Part shown: one piece after another, positions 12,655 through 23,523 of the stretch | Layout of the letters: each line of letters opens with the position of its first letter | Numbering within the stretch: position 1 is the stretch's first letter | Source: Lama glama | Taxonomy: Eukaryota | Direction: 5' to 3' | Assembly (NCBI GenBank): GCA_028534125.1 | Contig: CM052832.1 | Location: 16,556,001 to 16,620,000, forward strand | DNA length: 64,000 nt | Translations under genes and position numbers: made by a program | Notes under the pieces: model-generated | Seen by the model: only the letters and a program-made list of their open reading frames with translations | Told to the model about the DNA's origin: nothing | The model's database searches: none

Positions 12655-12830
12655 GGACTTTGTGACAGAGAACTGCGGTAACACTGATTGGCTTATCTAG
12701 AAACAGGACACCCAGTGGGAGTGAGAACTGGGGCTGTGTCATGAGTGTCCAGGCAGGAGCGCCCTACACACGTTGTGAGAGAGAAAGTGAAACACTCAAG
12801 AGATGGGGAATCCCCAACACTGAACTTCCC
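12655..12830 (-). promoter_or_regulatory. MHC class I proximal promoter (enhancer A, ISRE, SXY region, CCAAT)
   Basis: Minus strand: TGGGGATTCCCCA enhancer A kB site (12804-12816), GTTTCACTTTCTC ISRE (12781-12793), X-like CCTGGACACTCATGACAC (about 12736-12753), CCAAT (12687-12691). Order matches class I promoters. Confidence 0.9.
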
Positions 12831-13394
12831 CACCCTAGACCCCGTCCTCGGTGAGACCCTGAGAGCACCGCCCCAGACCCCGCCCTGCCGGGGACCTGGG
12901 ACTTTGCCCTGATCCCTCCTCGCCAGCACCGAGAGCTGTCACACTGTCTCCCTGAGTCCTGGTCCAGGGGCTGTCTGAGGAAACCCGGAAGGGATAGCCA
13001 GATTAGGCTCAGTTTTTCCTGAGCTGTTCTTTCCGGAATCGTCCAGGCTGCCAGGACCATCTGCTTCTCACCCCTCCCCTTGGACTCTTCTAGAAGAAGA
13101 CTCAGCCCCCAGGGAACTTGATGCCACAGAGTGAAGTCGCCCTTGTCTTTCAACCTGGAGAGGTGCCTGAAGACTCCAGATAGAGATTCCCAAAGAGATC
13201 AGTTTCCTTGATGCTTGTTAACTACAAGGAGGAGCACAATCGTAATGACACCGAACATCAGAAATCTAGTCTGGTAAAATGACTTTGGCCATTATGTTTA
13301 GAAATCTGTCTAAACAGCACTGCAAGAAGACTCACAAATCTCCTAAATCTTACTTTCCCAGTGTAACAGTGACCCCTGTGTTGTTGTATTTTAA

Positions 13395-13515
13395 TTTTTT
13401 TAACCTTTTATTTTTTAAGAATTAAAAAAAATTTTATGGAGGTACTGGAGATTGAACCCAGGACCTTGTGCATGCTGAGCATGCACACTACCACCAAGCT
13501 ATACCCTCCACCCCC
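13395..13515 (-). mobile_element. Vic-1-like SINE with TSD
   Basis: tRNA-like head on the minus strand, flanked by TTGTTGTATTTT direct repeats (13381 and 13517). Confidence 0.85.
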
Positions 13516-13565
13516 ATTGTTGTATTTTTAAATTGTCTTCATTCCATATCCCTGAGTTTGTGAGT

Positions 13566-14377
13566 TGAAGGGGAGCAGAAAATACCACCTCAAAATATAT
13601 ACATTTTTGGCATATTGATTATTTTGAACTAACGTTATGATGAAATAAAATTTATATTTTAAGGCAAAACAAGAAAAAAATTAAACATAAAATTATCTCT
13701 GTGCCTGTTTGCACCCCCTCCCTCCCTAATGTGCAATGTGTGTATTTTCATTACACTGCCTCAAATATGGGAGTGCCTGCTTAAATTTAAAGATTTTTTT
13801 TTTCTTTCTTTCTTCTGACACTAGCAATGTAACCTCTCAAAAGAATACGGTCTTCCTCTGCTTATAGCGGGTCATGGTGACTTGCTGCTCTCTTTGTATA
13901 TGCCTACCTGGACTATGTGTCCTGGTGAACTTTATGGAAATGTCATTTTGATGTACAATCATTTGTCTAGAAAATGTAGTTGACTGTGCTTTTGACTTCT
14001 AACAGGTAGAAGAGTTCTCAGAGCTTTCTGAGAATCTGCTTCCCGGGGTTATAATCCTATTTGGCTGGAATAAAATACGCCTTTTTTCTTCTTAACTTGA
14101 TGGTTAATTGAATTTTCATAGACAGTTACTTAAGAAATAGCAATGCAAGAAAAACATCCTGACCCTCCTTTGTTCCCCTGAAAGCAGGAAATAAATATCC
14201 CATGTCAAAGGTACCCTTCCTGTACCAGAAGGGTAGAAGGCATCTCCTTAACACCAGAGATAGGAAATTTAGGGCTGAGAAAGCTATGTTACTTCACTAA
14301 TTTAGTTACTTCACTAATTTAGTACCCTAAGCCCAAATGTGTTTGCCTTGTCAGTTCCTCAAAAATGTATTGTTTCA
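13566..14377 (+). mobile_element. ERV1 LTR (MER34-like), interrupted by a younger solo LTR
   Basis: TGAAGGGGAGCAGAAAATACCACCTCAAAATAT...TTTGGCATATTGATTATTTTGAACT start; continues after 14128 (AAAGCAGGAAATAAAT...AAAGGTACC). Confidence 0.6.
13638..14124 (+). mobile_element. Solo LTR, 487 bp, TG...CA, 4-bp TSD GTTA (ERV1-like)
   Basis: GTTA|TGATGAAA...ATAGACA|GTTA, with AATAAA at 14069-14074 near the 3' end. Confidence 0.7.
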
Positions 14378-14560
14378 ATAAACAACAAGTTTCTTCTGTA
14401 TAGCACAAGAAACTATTCAATATCTTGTAGTAACCTATAATGAAAAAGAATATGAAAAGGAATATATGTATATGCATGACTGAAACATTATGCTGTACAC
14501 CAAAAATTGACACGTTGTAAACTGACTATACTTCAACTAAATAAATAAATATATATATAT
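14375..14560 (+). mobile_element. L1 3' end fragment
   Basis: CAAGTTTCTTCTGTATAGCACAAGAAACTATTCAATATCTTGTAGTAACC...AACTGACTATACTTCAA plus an AAAT/TA tail. Confidence 0.75.
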
Positions 14561-15149
14561 ATATTCAAGATATTCCAAAGAGTTTGCAGTGGGAAATTTT
14601 CCTCTTTCCCCAGACCCAGACCCCAGGCACCCAGATTCTCTGCCAGAGATGACCATTTTACCAATTTCTCATGTATCCTTCCTGAGAAAAACTTAGACAG
14701 ATGTTGTTACTGTTGCTCCATCAAGGAGTACTGAAAAGAAACAGAGAGTAGAAGAAAATGTTTCTTTTCAGTTTTCCAGGGTGTTGTCACCAAGGGGCTG
14801 GAGAGAGGGGTCACATTGGGGAGACAGAAACCTCAAGAGTTGGCACAAGGCTCCTGAACTCTCTTCTCCTTCAATCCCTGTCCCATCCCTGACCTTGACA
14901 CCTGTGCAATCCAGGGCTGCTCAGAAGCTACTTCTTTCCCCCATTGCTACCCAGCCTTCAGGTCAGCCATCTCTGACCAATTTGCACAGCCCAGGCCCTT
15001 TGAGGCAGCTCAGTCAAAATCTGACAGCGGTGTGGGGGCGCCCTCGTGTGGCCACAGGGCTGAGGACAGGCAATCCAGCTGTCCCTCCTCCTGCTCAGCA
15101 GGACTTCCCCAGGGCCTCTGGGGGCTCCTAGAACCAGAACAGGGCTTTG

Positions 15150-15360
15150 AACACAAGCTCCTCCCCAGACAAAAAGCCATGTGAGGACACAGTGAGAAGG
15201 CAGCCATCTACAAGCCAAAAAGAGAACCCTCACCAGAAACCAAATTTCCAGGCAGTTTGATCTTGGACTTCTTTCCAGAACTGTGAGAACAGTAATTTCT
15301 CTTGTTTAAGCCACCCAGCCTGTGTTATTCAGTTATGGCCGCCTGAACTGACTAAGACAA
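15150..15360 (+). mobile_element. MaLR LTR (MLT1-like) 3' part
   Basis: GCCATGTGAGGACACAGTGAGAAGGCAGCCATCT...CCAGAACTGTGAGAA...TTTAAGCCACCCAG...GACTAAGACA. Confidence 0.75.
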
Positions 15361-17779
15361 CCTCCAAAACCCAACACTGTTAACCTCCCCTCTTCTAGCC
15401 TCACACCCAGCTTTAAGGAATCTGTCACAGCATTTATTTATTCATTTACACATATTTAGTGAGTGCTTCTGTGTCAGCACTTAAGTCTCATTCAAAGGCA
15501 AGGGAAATTATGCATACATAAGAAGTAGAAGGGGAGGGGTGATAAGAAAGATGGCTTGTTGCTTCTTGGAAAATAGGAAAAAGACCACAAAGGTTCAGTT
15601 CCTAAGAAAATTGTCACCTATTTGCTGTTACTTTATTCTAGGACTTTGTTCTAGGACTGGTGATCATTTAATCAAAACAGACAAAATACTTGCTCCTGAT
15701 GCTTACCATCTGACAGGAAAGACAATAAATAAACATCGTAATAGTGGTAAATTATATGTTATGTGTTCCTGTTATCCCAAAACAACTGTTTTATTCCTTC
15801 TCATTCTGTGGGTTGATGGGGCTCAGTGGGCAGCTCTTCTGCTCCGTGTGACTGGGCTAGGGCTGCGGTCATCTGGAGGCCCTACTGGTTCAGAACTTTC
15901 CAGAGGGCTCCCTCACGGGGCTGCAGGTGGTGCTGGTTGTCGGCTGGGAGCTCACTAGGGCTGTTAAGCCAGTGGCCTACATCGCCCTCTACCTGCTTCT
16001 CCATGTGGCTGGGCTGCTCTCAGCTTAGCACCTGGGTTCCAGGAGGGAGTGTTTCAACTGGACAAGTCAGAAAGCACAAGGCAACTTATGTAGGAACCTC
16101 AGAAGTCATGCACTGTCACCTTTCTCATGTTTAGCCATCAAAGCCAGTAATCAATTCAAAAAGAGGGGAACTAGGCCCCACCTCTAGATAGGGGACGGTG
16201 AGGTCACACTGCAAAAGAGCATGTTGGGAGGGGGTGCTATTGAGGTCATCTTTGGAAAAAGATAACTTCACGCTATGAGAAAATGATATGAGATGCAGAG
16301 AAAAAATAATGAATGCAAAGTCAACAATCAATGCAAGGTGATGGGAGAGGTGGCACTTTAAAAGAGAGTCAGGTTGGGCCTCGTGGAGGTGATGGCTGAG
16401 CAGACTTGAAGCAGGTGAGGAACTGAGCTGCACAGATATTTGAAGAAAGAGCACTGCGGGATCACTCTCTGCACCCACCTAGATCTCTGCATGGGGCAGG
16501 CACTAAAACTGCAGTGGGACTGGAGGTGGGCACACTTATGGACAGACTTCTGGCAGAGAGGTGTGGGGTCCTGGGTGTCTCTTTCCTGCTCTGTTCTTTA
16601 GAAGTCCTGGGGCTGGGGAAGGGAGAAGGCACTGCTGTGTGGAAGCTGAGGTGGGGCCCCACCCTCGCTCTCCCGGCTGTCTCTCTCCTGCATCCAGTGT
16701 TCCTGCCCAGGGTTGCTGTAATTCACAAGGAGGACCCTGAGGCAATCACACTCCGAGAGGCCGAGGCCGAGCCTTAGACTCCTCCCCTGCCAACAGCATG
16801 CTGAGCTGACTGCGGACTCAGGACTCAGGGGGTCCTGACTTGGGGATGACAAGGCATACCAGAGCTGGATAGCTGTAGGGGTCCTCCCCAAAGAGGAACT
16901 CCCTCAGTGTGACCTGGGGTGAAGTGTTGTCAGAGGACAGGGGTGAGGGTGGGGTGAATCTCGTCCAGACCCTGCCAAGGCTCTCAGCCCCTGTTCCCAA
17001 GGGCCTTCCCTTCCCTTCTACATGGAGATGCTGAGAATGTCCTCAGTCACTGATCACTCACATCTCACCCTCATTTGGAAGTCCTTCTGGCTCTAACCTC
17101 CTTCATTCCTGCTGTACCTTCTCCCACAGCCTGGGGCCCTGCCCTCTCTTCTCCTCCTCTGCCCTCCAGTGGTAAAAATGGCCCCCTTCCCACTGAGGAG
17201 TGGGCTCTAGGTAAGATACTGGGCCCTAGCTGAGAGAAAAAGCAAGGGGCTGGAGAGAGAGGATGGGCACAGACAGTAGAAATCAAAGGGTTTGGGGAGA
17301 TGATGAAGAAAGATGATTCCACATCATTATTTCTCTCATAGTCCAAGAGACCAGCCTTCACCCTAGCCCAGGGACAGGGAAAGAGCAGCAGGAATGGAGA
17401 AAGACTCTACACAAAAGCAAAATATAACTGAATCCTCCCTCTGCTGTCTTTTCCTCTTGCCTATTCTTCAATTTTGTAAGTGGAATTTGTTAACAAACAT
17501 GAAAATTTTCTTTTAGGAAAATCTCCAAACATCAGAGAATTAAATTATTAATATTTAAGGCCTACAGGTTAAAAAAAACAGAAGCTTCAAGGAGTGAAGT
17601 CGTGGATGGAGAACTGGCCATTATGTTGAGTAGCACAGGCTGCACTGAACAAGCTCTAATGTGGTGCTGAAGTGGGAGCCTCTTACGTGCCTGCATGCAT
17701 TTGGGCAGCTCTTGGAAACTCTGGGTCCTCTTTAGAAAAGTGAAATGAGCACCCAGTGTCCAGATCCTGGTCTCTAAAT

Positions 17780-18700
17780 ACCATTCTCCAATAAAAGGAA
17801 CCAAGGATCCTTAGAAAGGAAGTGCAGCTCTCCCAAAATGGGCCATGTCAGAGGGACACAGGAGCCCTGAAAGAGCTCCCTGTGAACAAAGTTGGAACAA
17901 TGTGAGCATCACAATAACAATAGTATCGGATTATAACCCAAAATATAAAATAAATACTGAGTTCATACTGAAATATATAAATGATTGAAAAAAAATTTTA
18001 AGGTGGGGAGAAAAGACGAATCTTATAGAATAATACCAAGTAATACATGAAGTAATACATGAAGAGAATCCCCCTTCCAGGAGGAGCTTAATTTTCCTCC
18101 CCTTGACTGTGGGCTGGACTTGGCGACTCATTTCCAAGAATGGAATATGGAAAGGGAAAAATTACTACTAATTGTGTAACAATGGAGAACTTGGCAGACA
18201 TAACCTGAATCAGGTGATAAAGGCCACACGCCCCTTGACATGATGTGCTGAGAAGGGCACTTTGCCTCTACGGTACTCTTCCTTAAAGCCCATAATCCCA
18301 ATTTGATTATCTGAAAATATCAGATAAACCCAAACTGAGTCACACTCTCCAAATGATCTGTCCATTACTCTTCAAATTTTTCAAGGTCATGAAAACAGGT
18401 AAAGACTAAGAAACTCAAGAGATCAGAGGAGACTAAGGAGACATGATAACTGAATGCATTAAGGTACCATGGATTGGATCCTGAAACAGAAAAAGGACAT
18501 TAGGGGAAAAACTGATGAAATCCAAATAAAGTCTATAGCCTAGCTAATAGCATTGTACCAATTTTAATTTCTTAGTTTCTTAGTCTTAACGTGGTTTTGT
18601 TAGATGCTAACATTAAAGGAAGCTGGGTAACGAGAATGCTGTGTTCTAGGTTTACGACCCTTCTGTAAATCTAATGTTATTCAAAAAATAATTTTAAAAA
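17780..18700 (+). mobile_element. Old L1 (L1MC/MD-like) 3' fragment
   Basis: CCATTCTCCAATAAAAGGAACC...GGATCCTGAAACAGAAAAAGGACATTAG...TTCTGTAAATCTAA resembles old L1M 3' UTRs. Confidence 0.6.
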
Positions 18701-19799
18701 GTAAGCAGCAGGCCCAGATAAATTCACTGGTAAATTATACCAATGCTTTACACAATCTCTTCCAGAAGATAGATGCAGAAGGACCACTTTCTAACTCATT
18801 CTGTGAGGCCAGTTTACCCTAATACTAAAACCAGACAATAACATTACAGGAAAAGAAACTATAGACCAATATCTCTCATGAACATAGATGCAAAAGTCCA
18901 CAACAAAATATTAGCAAACCAAATCCACAATGTATAAAAAGAACTATATACCACAACCAAATGGGATTTATCCCAGGTATGCAAGGCTAGTTCAACATTT
19001 GAAAATCAATTAATGTAATCTACCACCTCAAGAGGCTCAAAAAGGAAAAATCATATAATCATATCAATAGATGCAGAAAAAATATTTGACAGAAACCAAT
19101 TTTCATTATAAAAATTCTAAGTGAACTAGGAATAGAAGGGAATTTCCTAAACTTGATAAAGAACATCTACAAAAACCCCACAGCTAACATTATACTTAAC
19201 AGTAAGCAACTAGAAGTTTTCCTGCTAAGATCAGGAACAAGGTAAGGATGTCCCCTCTCACCACTTCATTTCAACATCATATTAGAAGTCCTAGTTAATG
19301 TAATAAGACTTTAAAAGGAAATAAAAGGTATACAGATTGGGAAGGAAGAAATAAAACTGTCTTTGTTGGCAGATGACATGATTATGTATGTAGAAAATCC
19401 AAAGAATCAACAACAACAACAAAAAACTCCTGGTACCATCAACTAACAGTTAATCAAGGCTGCATGATACAAGCCCTACTATACAAAAGTCAATCGCTTT
19501 CCTGTACACCAGCAATAAACAACTGGAAGCTGAAATTAAAAACACAATACCATTTACATTAGCACCCCACAAAATGAAATACTTATGTATAAATCTAACA
19601 AAATATGTACAATATATTTTTTCCTCTATATGAGGAAAAAAATTTAAACTCTGATGAAAGAAATCAAAGAAGTAAGTTGAGAGATATTCCATGTTCATGG
19701 ATAGAAGACTCAAAATTATCAAGATGTCAGTTCTTCCCAATTTGGTCAATAGATTCAACATAATTTCAATCAAAATCCTGGCAGGTTACTTTGTGGATA

Positions 19800-20272
19800 C
19801 AGACATACTTCACTTTATTGCATTTTGCTTTTTTGCACTTCACAGATTCTGGCATTTTTTACAAACTGAAGGTTTGTGACAACCCTCCATTGAGCAAGTC
19901 TATCAGCACCATTTTCCCAAAAGCATTATTTTAAAATTAAGGTATGTACATTGTTTTTTAGTTTTTATTTTTAAAATCTTTGGGGGGGGGAGGTAATTAG
20001 ATTGATTATTTATATATTTATGTATTTATTTTTTAATGGAGATACTGGGGATTGAAACCAGGACCTTATGCATGCTAAGCATGCACTCTAACTAAGCTAT
20101 ACCTTACTCCCTTGTACATTTTTTTTCTAGACAGACTGCTATTATACACTTAATAAACTACAGTATAGTGTAAATATAACTTTTCTATACACTGGGAAAC
20201 CAAAAAATTCATGTGACTTGCTTTATTGCAGTGATCTGGAACCAAATGCATAATATCTCCAAGGTATGTCTG
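19800..20272 (+). mobile_element. Tigger1-derived MITE (Tigger1a_Art-like), TA TSD
   Basis: TA|CAGACATAC...GTATGTCTG|TA terminal inverted repeats, and the GAGCAAGTCTATCAGCACCATTTTCCCAA Tigger1 motif. Confidence 0.85.
19980..20113 (-). mobile_element. Vic-1-like SINE nested in a Tigger1-derived MITE
   Basis: GATACTGGGGATTGAAACCAGGACC...GCATGCTAAGCATGCACTCTA lies inside the Tigger element. Confidence 0.85.
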
Positions 20273-21133
20273 TACTGATAAACTGATTCTAAAGTTTATA
20301 TGGAGAGGCAAAAGAGCCATCACACCATAAGAGAACAAAGTCAGTGGACACTTGAAGACAGTGTCTGAGTTCAAGACTTCCTATAAAGCTACAGTAATCA
20401 AGGCAGTGTGGTATTGGTGAAAGAGTACACAAATAGATCAACGAAACAGAATAGAGAACCCAGAAATAGAACATACAAATGTTGCTGGAACAACTGAACA
20501 TCCACATGCAAAAAAAACGTGAAATGAGAAAGCGCTCTTCAAAAGTTATCATGAAGGTCACCTGTGACAGGAACAAAAAGTGGCCAACAGGGTCTCTGAC
20601 AGTCAGTAAGCTCTCACATTAATGTAATGGGTGGACTTCAATATATCTAGGAAACCAGCTCCACAAGAGTTTCACATGAAGGCTATGATTCATGTCAGTC
20701 ACCCTAGTCCTGCCAATCTGCCAGGTAAGATGCAATATTAAAGGGCGGCATCGGTACACTGGCCTCAGGGAGCTCGACAATCCCTTGACCTTGTGGTTGA
20801 TGCTTCCCATAATCGTCTGCTTGTCCCTGGCTGAAGACAGGCACCTCCTGCAGAGGCCAGGCCAGAGCCCTCATTTGATTAAGGCTCTACTAGACATAAA
20901 CAAAGCCTTTTCATATAAATGGGGGGTGAGAGGGAGACTACTAAACACTCAGAAGTAACAAAAAAATATACACAGTAACGTAAATCTAGGTTTAAACATT
21001 TATCTATCTTCATTCCTTCATTTCCATGATTGTGAGATCCCAGCTTACCCAACAGATTTGAACTAACCCAAATACTAGCCTTTTCTTTAATTCCCACAGA
21101 CGAACAAAGCCAGATCCACAGATGCGGGGTGCC

Positions 21134-21633
21134 NNNNNNNNNNNNNNNNNNNNNNNNNNNNNNNNNNNNNNNNNNNNNNNNNNNNNNNNNNNNNNNNNNN
21201 NNNNNNNNNNNNNNNNNNNNNNNNNNNNNNNNNNNNNNNNNNNNNNNNNNNNNNNNNNNNNNNNNNNNNNNNNNNNNNNNNNNNNNNNNNNNNNNNNNNN
21301 NNNNNNNNNNNNNNNNNNNNNNNNNNNNNNNNNNNNNNNNNNNNNNNNNNNNNNNNNNNNNNNNNNNNNNNNNNNNNNNNNNNNNNNNNNNNNNNNNNNN
21401 NNNNNNNNNNNNNNNNNNNNNNNNNNNNNNNNNNNNNNNNNNNNNNNNNNNNNNNNNNNNNNNNNNNNNNNNNNNNNNNNNNNNNNNNNNNNNNNNNNNN
21501 NNNNNNNNNNNNNNNNNNNNNNNNNNNNNNNNNNNNNNNNNNNNNNNNNNNNNNNNNNNNNNNNNNNNNNNNNNNNNNNNNNNNNNNNNNNNNNNNNNNN
21601 NNNNNNNNNNNNNNNNNNNNNNNNNNNNNNNNN
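21134..21633. other. Assembly gap (500 N)
   Basis: Run of exactly 500 N, likely a placeholder length. Confidence 1.
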
Positions 21634-21677
21634 TCTTTGGAACATCTAGCCTGTTGTTCTCAAATTCGGCTGCTTAT

Positions 21678-23523
21678 TAGAACCACCTGGGGAGTTTTTA
21701 CTATCCATATGTGTAGGCCATAGCCAAAACCAATTGAATCAGTATCCCTTGGGCTGGCCTTCGTATTTTTTAAAGCCCCCTCAGTGATTCCAATGTGTAG
21801 GCAAGTTTTAGAACCACTGGTCTAACCCTGGTTGAAACCTCCTTGATGGTACCAAGTCTGCCCTGCCTTGAACCCTATCTGACCATCTTACACTCCTCCC
21901 ATAAGCTAACAAGTCACTTTAGGATCAGGAACTATGTTCATTTCATCTTTGTCTCCCTGTAGATAAATGCTTTTTTCAAAGTTGTACTCTGCCTCTCAAT
22001 ACTAACCATTCCACTAAGCTCCTTATTCTACACTTCTCCTGTGAGTGAAAATGTCAGGCCTCAGAAAGCTTTAACAATTTCTTAGATTTCATATTATTTT
22101 TATTAATTAATTACTTTCACCACCACAATTTATTTGGCAGTTCAGGGATTGGGTCCTGTCCCATCTCAGAGAGATTCTTTTCATTGCTGAAATTCACAAG
22201 GGTAGTGAAAGTATAGAGGTAGATGGAACCCAGCTCTTCTGAAAGCTGGACCCAAACCCTTTCCTCTGTGTCAGTCCTCCTTCAAAGACTTGCTAGCTGT
22301 GGCAGCTCCATCTAACTGTCTCATTCAAGTCACCGCACCACCCACCCTTCAAAAAAAAAAAAAACTTAATGCTAGGTTTGTTCCACCACATTTGGAGGTG
22401 ATTGCAATAAGAGAAAGCCAACTACTGGGATGTGGGAGAGGCCCTGATGGTCTAGGACTGCAGATTTAGGGTTTTCTCCTGGATCTAGCCATGGCCGCCC
22501 CTCCCCCATCAAGCAAATAGCCCGGTGAGTACTGACTTCCTGGTGGGTAACTGACCTGTCCCAAGTGAGTCAGGTATGTTCGTGGGTTCGAATATGCAGG
22601 GGATAAGCTGTAAAGCAGAGAGTGGGAAAAGGAGGGAGCGAAGGGGAAAAGGCTGAAGAAAGGAAGAGAGAAGAAAAAGAGAGAGAAAAGCTACCGGGGA
22701 AATAAAATTTTAACGATATAATTTTATGATTTCTGACTTTCATTTTTATTCTTTATTTATTTTATTCTGTCGTGTATTCGTTTTGTTACAGGTGTTTGAG
22801 TTCTGTCTGAATATGTAAACAGCTATTATTGTTATTGGGGGACCACTTGAAAGAAAGTTGCAAACATCAGGACCCTTTAACTTCAAATGTGCAGGGTGTA
22901 GCTCTTAGAAACAAGAACAAAGTGTTTTGTTTGTTTCTTTTGTTTACCTAAGTATAAATTACAAAGAGGATGGTATTTTTAAAACCAGCTGTGGTGGGGA
23001 ATGTATGGCTCAGTGGTAGAGTGTGTGCTTAGCTTGCACGAGGTCCTGGGTTCAATCCCTAGTACCTCCAAATTTTTTTTAATTAAATAAATAAATAAAC
23101 CTGATTACCTACCCCCTCCAAAAAAAGAAAAAACTTCTTTCATTTAAAATATAAAATTAAATAAATAAATAAAACCAACTTTGAAGGGACATAATTTACA
23201 TACAACATAATGCATCTATTTGAAATGCACAGCTGGTTGAGTTTTGGCAACTTACACGCCCACGTCACCATTACCAGAATAAAGATATAGAACATTCCTA
23301 CTGTCCCCAAAGAAAAGCCTTGTGACATAATTCCATGCAGCCAATATAAGTAATAAGATAGATTTTAATGTGTTGCTATGAAAAGATGTGCCCAAGACAC
23401 GTTTAAGCTTTTGTAAAAGCTAAAGAACATGCTGAATTATAATGCCACTAATACCACTTACAAAATACATTTTAAATAGAGGAAAACCTTGAAGATTTCT
23501 CACCAAAGTTTTGACACTGGTGT
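21678..23523 (+). repeat. Segmental duplication, copy B
   Basis: Same-orientation diverged copy of 1-2510. Lacks about 0.9 kb found in copy A and carries an extra SINE at about 22992-23175. Confidence 0.9.
22992..23175 (+). mobile_element. Vic-1-like SINE, absent from duplication copy A
   Basis: GGCTCAGTGGTAGAG...GGTTCAATCCCTAGTACCTCC, flanked by AAAACCAGCT/AAAACCAACT. The empty site in copy A is near 2150. Confidence 0.85.

Larger units (their letters stand above)
18700..20518 (+). mobile_element. Decayed L1 ORF2 fragment (reverse transcriptase region), interrupted by a Tigger MITE
   Basis: AGACCAATATCTCTCATGAACATAGATGCAAAA, GGGATTTATCCCAGGTATGCAAGG and GCAGATGACATGAT (ADD motif); multiple stops and frameshifts. 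Confidence 0.85.

Noticed and set aside
11831..12684. Several overlapping 160-230 aa ORFs on both strands
   Set aside because: GC-rich shadow frames and exon read-through of class I exons 1-2.
14288..14323. Short two-copy tandem duplications (also 27085-27128 and 55976-56035) as CRISPR-like repeats
   Set aside because: Adjacent copies with no spacers in a mammalian genome; ordinary slippage duplications.
16450..17400. GC-rich unique-looking region upstream of the class I gene as a MIC remnant
   Set aside because: No recognisable MIC peptide in the ORF track; needs tblastn.
21010..21680. Long ORFs made of X residues
   Set aside because: Artefacts of the N gap.
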